Positions 1 to 9,232 of a stretch of DNA of 36,105 nt are shown here, one piece after another. Both the position numbers and the translations under genes were made by a program. The notes below the pieces were generated by a model. The model was not told the DNA's origin. It ran no database searches and saw nothing but the letters and a program-made list of their open reading frames with translations. Each line of letters opens with the position of its first letter. Position 1 is the first letter of the stretch. This DNA comes from Bacteroidota bacterium (GTDB lineage: Bacteria; Bacteroidota; Bacteroidia; NS11-12g; UBA955): NCBI GenBank assembly GCA_037975865.1, contig JBANFU010000129.1:1-36105 (forward strand). The letters are read 5' to 3'.

Positions 1-1
1 T

Positions 2-1927
2 TCTCAGCGAGAGGGATCGGTGGAAAACGGCGGTGGCTTTGGCGTGACAACGGCTTGGGATCAGGTATGGTACTCAGCCACACAGCGCTATGGAGATTAT
101 TGGGTGGCGGAGGTGGCGATACCATTCAACAGTTTGCGATTCAATCCACAGCAGAAGATGTGGCGTTTTAATGTGGCGCGATTCGATTTTAAAAACAATG
201 AAGTGTCTTCGTACGCGAGGGTGCCCCGCAATTTCAACATCAGCTCTTTGGTGTTTTGTGATTCCATGGTTTTCAATAATTCCCAGGCTGAGAAGGCAGG
301 CGCTTCTTTGGAGCTGGTAAAGAAAAACCGGAATGTGGTATTTATACCTTATGTGAGTGGGATTGGACAGCAGGGCAAATCGGGCACGAGGACGGATTTA
401 TCGGATCCCGTAACGGCAACGCCGAAGATTGGGTTTGATGCCAAGGTGGCGTTGAGCCGGAGTTTGAATTTGGATGTAACGGTCAACCCGGATTTTGCCC
501 AAGTAGATGTAGATGTTCAGCAGGTGAATTTGACGCGTTATAGTTTGTTTTTTCCTGAGCGCAGGCAATTTTTCATTGAGAACAGTGATTTGTTTGCGAG
601 TTTTGGGTTTCGACAGATTAGGCCGTTTTTTTCTCGTAGAATTGGGTTGGGAAGTCAGGGTCCGGTGCCCATTTTGGGTGGCGTAAGGATGTCGGGCAAG
701 ATTGGCAGCAATGTGCGTTTGGGTTTGATGAATATCACCACCCAATCGCAGGATTTGGTGGGCAGTACGGGTGTGATTCCGGCCACGAATTATTCGGTTT
801 TTGCCCTACAAAAGAAGGTTTTTTCGGCGAGCAATGTGGCGATGATTGCGGTGCACGACCAGCGATTGAATACCTTGGTGAATTATATAAACAGGCAGGG
901 AAAGATGGCTCAGTCTGGTGATTACAATTCTGTGTTGGGTACGGAGTTCAATTTGCTCACGAAAAGCAATTTGTGGGCGGGTAAGGCCTTTGTTCAGAAG
1001 TCGTTGTATCCCGGTTTACGTGGCGATGCGGGGTATGCCCATGCTACGTGGTTGCGGTATCGGAGTCTGAATTGGATGGCAATGTGGAACCACGAGTATG
1101 TGAGTAAGCAGTTTGTGGCTAGGACGGGTTTTGTGCCCAGGACAGACAACTTCGATCCTATTTCGGGCAAGGTGATTAAGTATGATTATTGGCGTTTGGA
1201 GCCCATGTTAACCTACAGCATTTATCCCAAGCGGAACAAGCTGATCAACCATTATGGTTTGATATTGAGCAACAGCAGTTACTACGACAGCAGTTTTCAC
1301 AGCACGGAATCTGAATCGGAGATGGGTGTGGACGTGAGTTTTCAGAACAGTTCTGTATTTCATGTGAGTTTTGACCACTCGTATTACGATTTGTTTTTGC
1401 CGTTTGATCCGTTGGGCGAGGGTAAATTGTTTTTTGGCAAGTATCAGTGGACCGGTGTTCATACGGAGTTCACAACCAACAATCGCAAACCGTTGAGTGG
1501 ATACATGGAGGCGAGTTATGGGGGTTATTTTATGGGACAGAAGGCGGAGTTTTCGGGAAATCTATCTTTCCGCGTGAAGGGTGTTGGCAAGCAAAAACTG
1601 CCTTTGTTGCTGTTTACGGCCAATTTCAATCATATCAATGTTACGATGGGGGATTCGATGTCTTCTTCGATCAATTTGATTGGTTTAAAAACGGAATACA
1701 GCATCAACACCAATACCTATTTCACGGGATTTGTGCAGTACAATACCCAATCTGAGAAGATGAATGTGAATTTGAGATTCCAGTGGAGGTATCGCCCGAT
1801 GAGCGATTTCTTCTTGGTATTCAGTCAGAATTACGACCAGTTTCAGTCGGTGTTACCGAACCGCACGGCCTATTTGGGTCCATCGTTTAGAACGTTGGCT
1901 GCCAAATGGGTGTATTGGTTCAATTAA
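2..1927 (+). CDS. DUF5916 / CBM9-like carbohydrate-binding domain protein, 5' truncated by window edge
   Basis: The frame is open from nt 2 with no stop before the GTG at 20, so the N-terminus lies outside the window. The N-terminal stretch [29 protein letters not shown] resembles CBM9/DOMON-like modules. The long beta-rich remainder ending ...AAKWVYWFN resembles Bacteroidota DUF5916 proteins. Family call is from memory. Confidence 0.6.
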   Translation, partial: SQREGSVENGGGFGVTTAWDQVWYSATQRYGDYWVAEVAIPFNSLRFNPQQKMWRFNVARFDFKNNEVSSYARVPRNFNISSLVFCDSMVFNNSQAEKAGASLELVKKNRNVVFIPYVSGIGQQGKSGTRTDLSDPVTATPKIGFDAKVALSRSLNLDVTVNPDFAQVDVDVQQVNLTRYSLFFPERRQFFIENSDLFASFGFRQIRPFFSRRIGLGSQGPVPILGGVRMSGKIGSNVRLGLMNITTQSQDLVGSTGVIPATNYSVFALQKKVFSASNVAMIAVHDQRLNTLVNYINRQGKMAQSGDYNSVLGTEFNLLTKSNLWAGKAFVQKSLYPGLRGDAGYAHATWLRYRSLNWMAMWNHEYVSKQFVARTGFVPRTDNFDPISGKVIKYDYWRLEPMLTYSIYPKRNKLINHYGLILSNSSYYDSSFHSTESESEMGVDVSFQNSSVFHVSFDHSYYDLFLPFDPLGEGKLFFGKYQWTGVHTEFTTNNRKPLSGYMEASYGGYFMGQKAEFSGNLSFRVKGVGKQKLPLLLFTANFNHINVTMGDSMSSSINLIGLKTEYSINTNTYFTGFVQYNTQSEKMNVNLRFQWRYRPMSDFFLVFSQNYDQFQSVLPNRTAYLGPSFRTLAAKWVYWFN

Positions 1928-2718
1928 AAACCGTCGCCGTCTAGGATGTTGCCTAGTCCACCGAGGATGCTGCCTTCTTCTCTTCTACCGCCAGGTGCGC
2001 CATAGCTCAGGATTTTTCCGGCGAGACGTGAAACGGGTAAGCTTTGCAGCCATACTTTTCCGGGGCCTCTGAGGACGGCGAAGAACAAGCCTTCACCACC
2101 GAAAAGGGCGTTCTTTACACCGCGTACCATTTGGATATCATAATCGATACCAGCGGTAAAGGCTACGATGCAACCGGTGTCGATGCGCAGGGTTTCTCCG
2201 GCACGCAATTCCTTTTCCATCACATGTCCACCCGCATGAACAAAGGCAAGGCCATCGCCTTCCAATTTTTGCATGATGAATCCTTCACCACCGAAAAGTC
2301 CTGTGCCTAATTTGCGTTGAAATTCGATGCCAACACTCACGCCTTTGGCGGCACAGAGGTAGCTATCTTTCTGACAGATTACTTTGCCACCGAGTTGTTG
2401 TAAATCGAGAGGCATGATTTTTCCGGCGTAGGGACCGGCGAAAGTAACGCGGGCTTTGTTGTAGCCCATGTTTGTAAAGGCCGTCATGAAGAGCGATTCA
2501 CCGGTGAGGAGACGTTTACCGGCACCCATGAGTTTGCCAAAAATTCCGCTGCTTTGCTGGCTGCCATCGCCAAAGATGGTTTCCATTTCGATGCCATCAT
2601 CCATGAACATAAAGCTCCCACTTTCGGCCATGACGGTTTCTTGGGGATCGAGTTCAATTTCCACACATTGCATTTCTTCACCGAAAATGCGGTAGTCGAT
2701 TTCGTGATTGCGTCTCAT
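1924..2718 (-). CDS. AIM24 / TIGR00266 (DUF124) family protein
   Basis: 264-aa ORF. The N-terminus [34 protein letters not shown], the repeated FGGEG motifs and the glycine-rich tail are typical of the AIM24/TIGR00266 family. It lies 37 nt downstream of the FAH gene on the same strand, so the two are probably co-transcribed. Confidence 0.8.
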   Translation of the reverse strand: MRRNHEIDYRIFGEEMQCVEIELDPQETVMAESGSFMFMDDGIEMETIFGDGSQQSSGIFGKLMGAGKRLLTGESLFMTAFTNMGYNKARVTFAGPYAGKIMPLDLQQLGGKVICQKDSYLCAAKGVSVGIEFQRKLGTGLFGGEGFIMQKLEGDGLAFVHAGGHVMEKELRAGETLRIDTGCIVAFTAGIDYDIQMVRGVKNALFGGEGLFFAVLRGPGKVWLQSLPVSRLAGKILSYGAPGGRREEGSILGGLGNILDGDGF

Positions 2719-2755
2719 TGTTTAAAGCAATTGATTTGGGTTTATGGGTATGGGG

Positions 2756-3775
2756 TTATGCGTTTTCTGTGGGCAATTTTTTGAGGGCAAGAATGCTAAA
2801 ATCGCTGTTTTCTGAGACGATGGTATTGCTCAGGTGACCTAGGCCGGTGATTTCCATTTCAACAACATCGCCAGGTTGAAGCCATTGCTCTGGGTATTGG
2901 GGGTTGTTGAGTTTGCCTGTGCCGTTCAATTCGAGGAAGCAACCTGTACCTACGGTACCACTGCCGATTACATCGCCAGGGAAGATGTCGGCGCCATAGG
3001 CGCATCGCTCAATGATCTCGGCGAAGGTCCAATCCATGTCGCCCACGCTCCCTTCGCTCACTTGGATGCCATTCACCCAGCATTTCATGTTGAGGTTGTA
3101 GGCGTGGCCAATGTGTCCGGGTTTTGCAGCAACTTTATAGGGCTCAAGTTCATCGGGGGTAACGAGCCAGGGGCCTATGACGGTGCTAAAGTCTTTGCCT
3201 TTGGCGGGGCCGAGGTTGAGCAGCATCTCTTCCATTTGGAGGCGTCTGGCGCTCATGTCGTTCATGATCATATATCCTGCGATGTATTGGTCGGCGTCTT
3301 TGGCTTTTACGTTTCTGCCGTGTTTACCTAGCACAACGGCTGCTTCTAGTTCGAAATCCAATTTTTCGAAGTGGTCGGGCATGCAGGGGATTTCTCCGGG
3401 ACCTTGGATGGCGTTGTGGTTGGTAAAGTAGAAAATGGGGTACTGATCGAATTCGGGGATCATGGGAACGCCGCGATTTCTTCGGGCGGCGGCCACGTGT
3501 TGACGGAAGGCGTAACCATCTCTGCAGCTGGTGGGTTGTGGCACGGGGGCCAACAAAATATCGTCTGAACAGGGCACTGCCAGGTGGCTATGATGGCCGC
3601 CTAGAATTTCTGCCTCAACGGCTTTGGCGAGGGCGCTTTGATTTTCCCAATCATTGAGCATATCGCGCATGTTGTTGGCGATGGCGGGTTGAATGGTGTG
3701 AAGGGGATAGATGTTGGCATTTACCAAGATCCCAGTTTGGGGTTGTCCATCGGTTTTGAAGGTGACCAATTTCAT
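2756..3775 (-). CDS. fumarylacetoacetate hydrolase (FAH) family protein
   Basis: 339-aa ORF with FAH-fold signatures: LDFELEAAVVLGKHG, MNDMSARRLQ and GDVIGSGTVGTGC. ATG at 3775. Confidence 0.85.
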   Translation of the reverse strand: MKLVTFKTDGQPQTGILVNANIYPLHTIQPAIANNMRDMLNDWENQSALAKAVEAEILGGHHSHLAVPCSDDILLAPVPQPTSCRDGYAFRQHVAAARRNRGVPMIPEFDQYPIFYFTNHNAIQGPGEIPCMPDHFEKLDFELEAAVVLGKHGRNVKAKDADQYIAGYMIMNDMSARRLQMEEMLLNLGPAKGKDFSTVIGPWLVTPDELEPYKVAAKPGHIGHAYNLNMKCWVNGIQVSEGSVGDMDWTFAEIIERCAYGADIFPGDVIGSGTVGTGCFLELNGTGKLNNPQYPEQWLQPGDVVEMEITGLGHLSNTIVSENSDFSILALKKLPTENA

Positions 3776-3779
3776 ACTA

Positions 3780-3787
3780 CAAAAATA
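3780..3787 (-). promoter_or_regulatory. candidate Bacteroidota -7 promoter box TATTTTTG for the FAH-AIM24 unit
   Basis: Exact TAnnTTTG on the minus strand, 4 nt upstream of the ATG at 3775. Confidence 0.4.
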
Positions 3788-3867
3788 CGGCTAATTCCCG
3801 AGTTTCTGTGGGTAATCGGGTTTGGTGGTTGGGATGGGAAGTTAGATTTTTGTGTGGATTTATCGCA

Positions 3868-4773
3868 ATGACAAACAAAACGAAGGTATTGGTAACGGGT
3901 AGCAATGGATTGTTGGGACAGAAGCTCACGGATTTATTTTTACAGCAGTCCGATTGGGATTTGTTGGCCACGGGGGCGGGGGGCAATCGACATCCGGTGT
4001 TGGAAGGGTATCGGTATCAGACGTTGGATATCACCGATTCTGTGGGTGTAGAGCAGTTGTTGATGCGAGAATTGCCGGAAGTGGTGATTCACACGGCGGC
4101 TATGACACAAGTCGATGATTGTGAGTTTAAACGCGATGAATGTGTGGCATTGAATGTAACGGCGGTAGAAAATCTGGCTCGGTTGAGTACGAAATTGGGA
4201 TTTCATTTGGTGCATGTGAGTACCGATTTCATTTTCGATGGCACCAAACCGATGTACAAGGAGGAAGACGCGGCGAATCCCTTGAGCTATTATGGCTGGA
4301 GCAAGTTGGAGGGGGAGAAGCGCGTGATAGAATTCGCCAACAGTTACAGCATTTTGCGTACGGTTTTGGTGTACGGAAAGGTGGCGGACATGAGCAGAAC
4401 CAATATTGTCTTGTGGGCGCATGGCACGTTGAAACAGCAGAAGTCGGCCAATGTGGTCACAGATCAGTTTCGCACTCCCACGTTGGCGGAGGATTTGGCC
4501 AAGGGCTGTTTTTTGGCGGCCGCGCAGCGGGCGCAGGGCATTTATAATATTGCGGGCAAAGATTACATGTGCGTGATTGAACTGGTAGAACGCGTGGCGC
4601 GGTTTTATGGATATTCCATGGACTGTATAAACCGGGTGGACAGCAGCACGTTAAATCAGCCGGCAAAACGTCCGCCCATCACGGGATTAGACATCACCAA
4701 AGCGGTCAGCACCCTGGGCTATCAACCCCATTCTTTTGAAGAGGGTTTGGCCTTGTTGGGACTCGAAAAATAA
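3868..4773 (+). CDS. RmlD-like SDR family NAD(P)-dependent reductase (dTDP-4-dehydrorhamnose reductase family)
   Basis: Rossmann motif VLVTGSNGLLGQ comes directly after the ATG at 3868. A YxxxK catalytic motif (YGWSK) is present and the length (301 aa) is RmlD-like. The 20-codon extension back to 3808 has no family support. Confidence 0.75.
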   Translation: MTNKTKVLVTGSNGLLGQKLTDLFLQQSDWDLLATGAGGNRHPVLEGYRYQTLDITDSVGVEQLLMRELPEVVIHTAAMTQVDDCEFKRDECVALNVTAVENLARLSTKLGFHLVHVSTDFIFDGTKPMYKEEDAANPLSYYGWSKLEGEKRVIEFANSYSILRTVLVYGKVADMSRTNIVLWAHGTLKQQKSANVVTDQFRTPTLAEDLAKGCFLAAAQRAQGIYNIAGKDYMCVIELVERVARFYGYSMDCINRVDSSTLNQPAKRPPITGLDITKAVSTLGYQPHSFEEGLALLGLEK

Positions 4774-4778
4774 GGGCC

Positions 4779-5297
4779 TTACGGCTTGGGCATCACTTCT
4801 CCGCAGGTTTTGCAAGTACGCAAATCTTCGGAATCGTAGTAGTGATTGAAGTGGGTAAGGAAGTCGGTTTCGATGTTGTTGAGCTCAAAGTAGGCTTCGT
4901 GTAATTTGTTGTTACACTTGTCGCAGAACCACAGCAATCCATCTTTGAATCCTTTACCGGCGCGCACTCTTTCAATGACCAATCCGATGGAACCTTCGGT
5001 TCTTCCGGGACTATGAGGTACACCGGGGGGAAGTAGAAACATATCCCCGGGGCCCAATTTCACATCCACCCGTTGGCCATTTTGCTGTGTTTTTATCGTG
5101 ATTTCACCTTCGAGTTGGTAGAAAAGTTCTTCCGTTTCGTTGTAGTGGTAATCGCGCCGCGCATTGGGCCCACCCACGATCATCACGATATAATCGGTGC
5201 CTTCGGGGTAAAGGTTTTTATTGGCGACAGGGGGTTTAAGCAGATGCCTGTTTTCGGCAATCCAGGTCTGGAGATTAAAAGGCTTGCGGATTTCCAT
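4779..5297 (-). CDS. nbaC: 3-hydroxyanthranilate 3,4-dioxygenase (kynurenine pathway to quinolinate/NAD)
   Basis: 172-aa cupin. It shows strong similarity to HAAO: RDYHYNETEELFYQLEG, LLPPGVPHSP, and the C-terminal rubredoxin-like CDKC...CKTC site. Confidence 0.9.
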   Translation of the reverse strand: MEIRKPFNLQTWIAENRHLLKPPVANKNLYPEGTDYIVMIVGGPNARRDYHYNETEELFYQLEGEITIKTQQNGQRVDVKLGPGDMFLLPPGVPHSPGRTEGSIGLVIERVRAGKGFKDGLLWFCDKCNNKLHEAYFELNNIETDFLTHFNHYYDSEDLRTCKTCGEVMPKP

Positions 5298-5341
5298 GGT
5301 TTGTTGGTATTTCTGTTGGCCAATTTGACTTGGTCACAACA

Positions 5342-5349
5342 CAAAAGTA
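5342..5349 (-). promoter_or_regulatory. candidate -7 box TACTTTTG for the 3-hydroxyanthranilate dioxygenase gene
   Basis: Exact TAnnTTTG on the minus strand, 44 nt upstream of the ATG at 5297. Confidence 0.3.
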
Positions 5350-5447
5350 AATCTTTGGATGGCATTTTTTCCTGTCAATCGTCATATCGAAGGTACACAC
5401 ACTCAAATTTTGCGATTTTTACTAAAAGTTCATCGCCCCGAATCATG

Positions 5448-5455
5448 TAACTTTG
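5448..5455 (+). promoter_or_regulatory. candidate -7 box TAACTTTG for purF
   Basis: Exact TAnnTTTG, 13 nt upstream of the ATG at 5469. Confidence 0.45.
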
Positions 5456-5468
5456 CCATACAACTTCC

Positions 5469-7361
5469 ATGAGTGACGCGATAAAACATGAATGTGGTGT
5501 TGCTTTCATACGGTTGAGAAAACCGTTGGAGTATTACCAGGAAAAGTACGGCACCTTTTGGTACGGCTTGGCTAAACTGCAGTATTTGATGACCAAGCAG
5601 CTGAATCGAGGACAGGACGGTGCAGGAATGGGTGTGGTGAAATTGGATCCCGATTATGGCGCTCGTTACTTGGCGAGAAAGCGAAGTGCGAGTAAAACCG
5701 CGTTAACGGACATTTTTGAGGAGGTTGGGGCGGCATTGAATGAGATTCCTGAGGAGTATCGCAAAGACGCTGATTACTTGAGAAAGCACTATCCGTATGC
5801 GGGTGAAATGCTTTTGGGGCATCTGCGCTATGGCACATACGGTGGGAACAGCATCGAAAACATACATCCCTTTTTGCGTCAGAACAACTGGATGGCCCGC
5901 AATCTGATGTTGGCAGGAAATTACAACATTACCAATACGGATGAGTTGTTCAATGCGCTGATTGAATTGGGACAGCAGCCTAAGGAGAAGAGCGATAACG
6001 TGTTGATGTTGGAGAAGATTGGTCATTTCATCGACGAGGAAAACCAGCGTTTGTTTGGTGTTTTGAAGTCGCAAGGGTTCACCAACTTGGAGATCACCGA
6101 AAAAATCAAAGAGGAAATATCGTTGACCAACATTTTGAAGCGCAGTTTCAAAAACGTGGACGGCGGGTATAATATGATTGGCATGTTGGGTCACGGCGAT
6201 GCGTTTATCATTCGCGATCCAGCGGGGATACGTCCATCGCACTACTACATCGACGATGAAGTGGTTGTGGTGGCGAGTGAGCGCGCGGCGATACAAACGG
6301 CGTTCAACATTTATCCTGAGGACGTGCAGGAATTGGGTCCGGGCAATGCGTTGTTGGTGCGTAAGAGTGGCCATGTGGAGGAGGTTAATATTTTGGAGCC
6401 CACGGAGCGGATGAGCTGTAGTTTTGAACGCATTTATTTCAGCAGGGGCAATGACCAGGCGATTTACCATGAGCGCAAGGAGTTGGGTCGATTGTTGGCC
6501 AAGCCGGTGATGGATTTGTTGGGGAATGATTTGGTGAATACGGTATTTAGTTATGTACCGAATACGGCGGCGACGAGTTTTTATGGATTGATTGATGGTA
6601 TTCACGAAATCCGCAGGGAGTTGCAGGCAGAGGCCTTGTCGAAAATCGATGTTCAGAATGAGCCTGAGAAGGTGAAGGAAATTTTGAGCTGGCGTCCGAG
6701 ACGGGAGAAAATTTTGGTCAAGGATGTGAAAATGCGCACGTTTATCACCAACGATTCCGATCGTGATGATTTGGTGGGGCATGTGTATGATATTACGTAT
6801 GGGGTGGTTAAGAGTTGGAACGATACGTTGGTCATTATGGACGACAGTGTGGTTCGAGGCACCACGTTAAAGCGCAGCATTCTGAGAATTTTGGACCGAT
6901 TGGAGCCCAAGCGAATCATCATGGTGAGTTCGGCTCCGCAGATTCGATATCCGGACTGCTATGGCATAGATATGAGCAAGATGGGAGATTTTGCGGCTTT
7001 TGCGGCGGCGGTGGAGCTATTGAAAGAAAAGGGCTTATCGCACGTGATGGAAGAGGCCTATCAGGCGGCCAAGGCAGAGTTGGCAAAACCGGCATCGGCA
7101 CAGCGATGTGTGGTACAAGATATTTATGCGCCGTTGACAGATGCTGAGGTAAGTAAAAAAATCGCGGAGATGTTGAAGCCTGTGGATTTGAAAGCGGAAT
7201 TTGACATCTTGTTCCAATCGGTAGATAACCTGCATGAGGCATGTCCGGGCGACCGCGGCGATTGGTATTTTACGGGTAACTACCCTACTCCGGGTGGAAA
7301 TCAGGTGGCCAATCGATCCTATGTATACTACATGGAGGGAAGGAAGGAACGGGCTTATTGA
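5469..7361 (+). CDS. purF: amidophosphoribosyltransferase (long Bacteroidota form)
   Basis: N-terminal Ntn-type glutamine amidotransferase start MSDAIKHECGVAFI. PRPP-binding loop VIMDDSVVRGTTLK. The 630-aa length is typical of the Bacteroidota long form. Confidence 0.9.
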   Translation: MSDAIKHECGVAFIRLRKPLEYYQEKYGTFWYGLAKLQYLMTKQLNRGQDGAGMGVVKLDPDYGARYLARKRSASKTALTDIFEEVGAALNEIPEEYRKDADYLRKHYPYAGEMLLGHLRYGTYGGNSIENIHPFLRQNNWMARNLMLAGNYNITNTDELFNALIELGQQPKEKSDNVLMLEKIGHFIDEENQRLFGVLKSQGFTNLEITEKIKEEISLTNILKRSFKNVDGGYNMIGMLGHGDAFIIRDPAGIRPSHYYIDDEVVVVASERAAIQTAFNIYPEDVQELGPGNALLVRKSGHVEEVNILEPTERMSCSFERIYFSRGNDQAIYHERKELGRLLAKPVMDLLGNDLVNTVFSYVPNTAATSFYGLIDGIHEIRRELQAEALSKIDVQNEPEKVKEILSWRPRREKILVKDVKMRTFITNDSDRDDLVGHVYDITYGVVKSWNDTLVIMDDSVVRGTTLKRSILRILDRLEPKRIIMVSSAPQIRYPDCYGIDMSKMGDFAAFAAAVELLKEKGLSHVMEEAYQAAKAELAKPASAQRCVVQDIYAPLTDAEVSKKIAEMLKPVDLKAEFDILFQSVDNLHEACPGDRGDWYFTGNYPTPGGNQVANRSYVYYMEGRKERAY

Positions 7362-7411
7362 TGGCTTGGAAATCGCACAGAATAAATTGTAAATTCGCTG
7401 AATAAACTGAT

Positions 7412-7972
7412 ATGAGCACTTTGAACGATGTGATATCGCAGTTGCAGGAGCAATTGGAAAAAAACTTACAGCATACGGCTACTGAATTTTCGCGCATCCG
7501 TGCGGGTAAGGCGAGTCCAGCCATGTTGGAGAGTGTGATGGTAGAATATTATGGAGCATTGACGCCTTTGGCGCAGGTAGCGAACGTAAACACACCCGAT
7601 TCACGGACGTTGGCCATTCAGCCATGGGATAAGGGGTTGATTAGACCCATTGAAACGGCCATCATCAATTCCAATTTGGGTTTTGCGCCTCAGAACGATG
7701 GCGAGATGATACGCATCAGCATTCCCCCAGTAACGGAGGAGCGCAGGAAAGAGTTGGTTAAGCGTGCGAAATCGGAGGCGGAGAACTCCAAAATCGGTAT
7801 TCGAAACTATCGCAAGGACGCCAATGAGCGCATCAAAAAGTTACAGAAAGACGGTTTGAGTGAAGATGATGCGAAGACGGGCGAGGAGCGCGTTCAGAAG
7901 TTAATTGATGGTTACATCAAGAAGACCGACGATTTATTTGAAGGCAAAGAGAAAGAAATTCTCACTGTTTGA
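7412..7972 (+). CDS. frr: ribosome recycling factor
   Basis: 186 aa with full-length RRF similarity: FSRIRAGKASPAMLESVMVEYYG, TLAIQPWDK, IPPVTEERRKELVK. Confidence 0.95.
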   Translation: MSTLNDVISQLQEQLEKNLQHTATEFSRIRAGKASPAMLESVMVEYYGALTPLAQVANVNTPDSRTLAIQPWDKGLIRPIETAIINSNLGFAPQNDGEMIRISIPPVTEERRKELVKRAKSEAENSKIGIRNYRKDANERIKKLQKDGLSEDDAKTGEERVQKLIDGYIKKTDDLFEGKEKEILTV

Positions 7973-7987
7973 TGGGGCGAAAGGGTG

Positions 7988-8009
7988 ACAGGGGCGGTGC
8001 GCTGCCTGT
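7988..8009. terminator. candidate bidirectional hairpin between convergent frr and purK
   Basis: ACAGGGGCG-GTG-CGCT(G)CCTGT forms about 9 bp with one bulge and one G-U pair. It fills the 37-nt convergent spacer and is followed by TTATTT on the plus strand. The structure is weak. Confidence 0.3.
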
Positions 8010-9149
8010 TTATTTCGCGATGATTTCGAGTTGATTTTTAATGGCTTCGGCCCGTTCGAGCAAGGCTTCGAGGGATGGAGCAACAACAGTGGCATGTCCG
8101 AGTTTTCGGTTGGGACGTGTTTCTGATTTGCGGTACATGTGAATGAAAACGTCGCCATCTTGGGTGAGGGCTGATTCGTTGGCCAGTTGGTAGTTGCCAG
8201 AAACGTGGGCAGGTCCAACGATGTTAATCATGGCTGAGGGTTGAATCAGGGATGGATCGCCCAGGGGCGCGCCCGCGAGGATGCGCAAGAATTGTTCAAA
8301 CTGACTGCAGTGGGAACCTTCAATGGTATGATGTCCGCTGTTATGAGGTCGCGGCGCGATTTCGTTGACCCAAATTTCTTGATTTTCGGTGAGGAAGAGT
8401 TCTACGGCGAACAGACCGGGAGAATTGAGTTTTTGGACGCATAGACGTCCGATGGTCTGAATTTTTTCCTCCAATTCGCGAGAAATTCTGGCGGGTGAGA
8501 AGAGGAATTCCACCAAATTGCTTTGGGGGTTGAAATACATTTCAATGGCTGGGTAGACGGCGAAGTCACCATCTTGGGCGATGGCTACAATGACGGCAAT
8601 TTCCAGGGCATTGGGTACAAAGGACTCGATGAGGATGTCACCTTGGAAGGGGTTGTTGTTGAGTGCCTCTGATTTGCTGAGGATGGCCACTCCTTTTCCG
8701 TCGTAACCGCCTTTGCGGGTTTTCACTACAACGGTATCACCGGGGAACTGGCTGAGGAGTTCTTGGGTAATATCTGCGGTATGGCAGAGGGCGAAGGGCG
8801 CTGTGGGGATGTTGTGCTGGGCGAAGAATTGTTTTTGTAGTCCTTTGTCTTGAATGATTTGAAGAACAGCGGGTTTGGGTATGATGGTTTTGCCTTCTTT
8901 TTCGAGTTGTACGAGGGTATCTACATTGATGTGTTCGATTTCCCAGGTAACAACATCTACTTCGTTGGCCAGATTTCGGATATCGGTGTCGTTTTGGAGA
9001 CTTCCTTGAATGAAGTGGTTGGCGATGGGTGCAGCGGGGCAGTCTTGCGATTGTTCTAATACAGTAAATTCCACAGGCAGGCTGGGGTATTTCGCTTCGA
9101 TTGTCATCATGCCCAATTGGCCGCCACCGATAATACCAACACGTATCAT
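8010..9149 (-). CDS. purK: 5-(carboxyamino)imidazole ribonucleotide synthase (N5-CAIR synthase)
   Basis: ATP-grasp protein starting MIRVGIIGGGQLGMM at the ATG at 9149. The 43-codon extension to 9278 has no homology logic and overlaps the divergent gene. Confidence 0.9.
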   Translation of the reverse strand: MIRVGIIGGGQLGMMTIEAKYPSLPVEFTVLEQSQDCPAAPIANHFIQGSLQNDTDIRNLANEVDVVTWEIEHINVDTLVQLEKEGKTIIPKPAVLQIIQDKGLQKQFFAQHNIPTAPFALCHTADITQELLSQFPGDTVVVKTRKGGYDGKGVAILSKSEALNNNPFQGDILIESFVPNALEIAVIVAIAQDGDFAVYPAIEMYFNPQSNLVEFLFSPARISRELEEKIQTIGRLCVQKLNSPGLFAVELFLTENQEIWVNEIAPRPHNSGHHTIEGSHCSQFEQFLRILAGAPLGDPSLIQPSAMINIVGPAHVSGNYQLANESALTQDGDVFIHMYRKSETRPNRKLGHATVVAPSLEALLERAEAIKNQLEIIAK

Positions 9150-9153
9150 GCTA

Positions 9154-9161
9154 CAAAGATA
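9154..9161 (-). promoter_or_regulatory. candidate -7 box TATCTTTG for purK
   Basis: Exact TAnnTTTG on the minus strand, 4 nt upstream of the ATG at 9149. Confidence 0.4.
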
Positions 9162-9217
9162 CGCGCTGCTTACAACACGAAATTTGGTTGTTGCGATTTT
9201 TGCCATATTTTCGGAGG

Positions 9218-9225
9218 TATCTTTG
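9218..9225 (+). promoter_or_regulatory. candidate -7 box TATCTTTG for the CNNM/GldE-like gene
   Basis: Exact TAnnTTTG, 7 nt upstream of the ATG at 9233. It mirrors the purK box 56 nt away. Confidence 0.4.
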
Positions 9226-9232
9226 TGATAGT

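Noticed and set aside
5298-5468. Possible riboswitch (ZTP/pfl or purine) or PurR-type operator in the 171-nt purF/HAAO divergent spacer, including the small palindromes TTGGCCAA and TGACttgGTCA
   Set aside because: The spacer is AT-rich and lacks the conserved GC-rich cores of the ZTP or purine riboswitches. With promoter boxes at both ends there is too little room for an aptamer. The palindromes are only 4 bp per arm.
5703-6782. 359-aa ORF antisense to purF
   Set aside because: It is wholly embedded opposite a strongly conserved gene. The translation is low-complexity (rich in R/Q/H/L/I) with no recognisable motif. The sense strand visibly favours TTG/GTG-type codons and avoids TTA/CTA/TCA, which removes stops from the antisense frames.
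7362-7411. Promoter box for frr (TAAATTCG at about 7390)
   Set aside because: It has one mismatch in the invariant TTTG part. frr may instead be read through from purF. I did not list it as a feature.
9154-9225. Mirror-image TATCTTTG boxes 56 nt apart, considered as a palindromic operator
   Set aside because: They are more simply explained as two back-to-back -7 promoter boxes for the divergent purK and CNNM-family genes. The same octamer also precedes the E1 gene.
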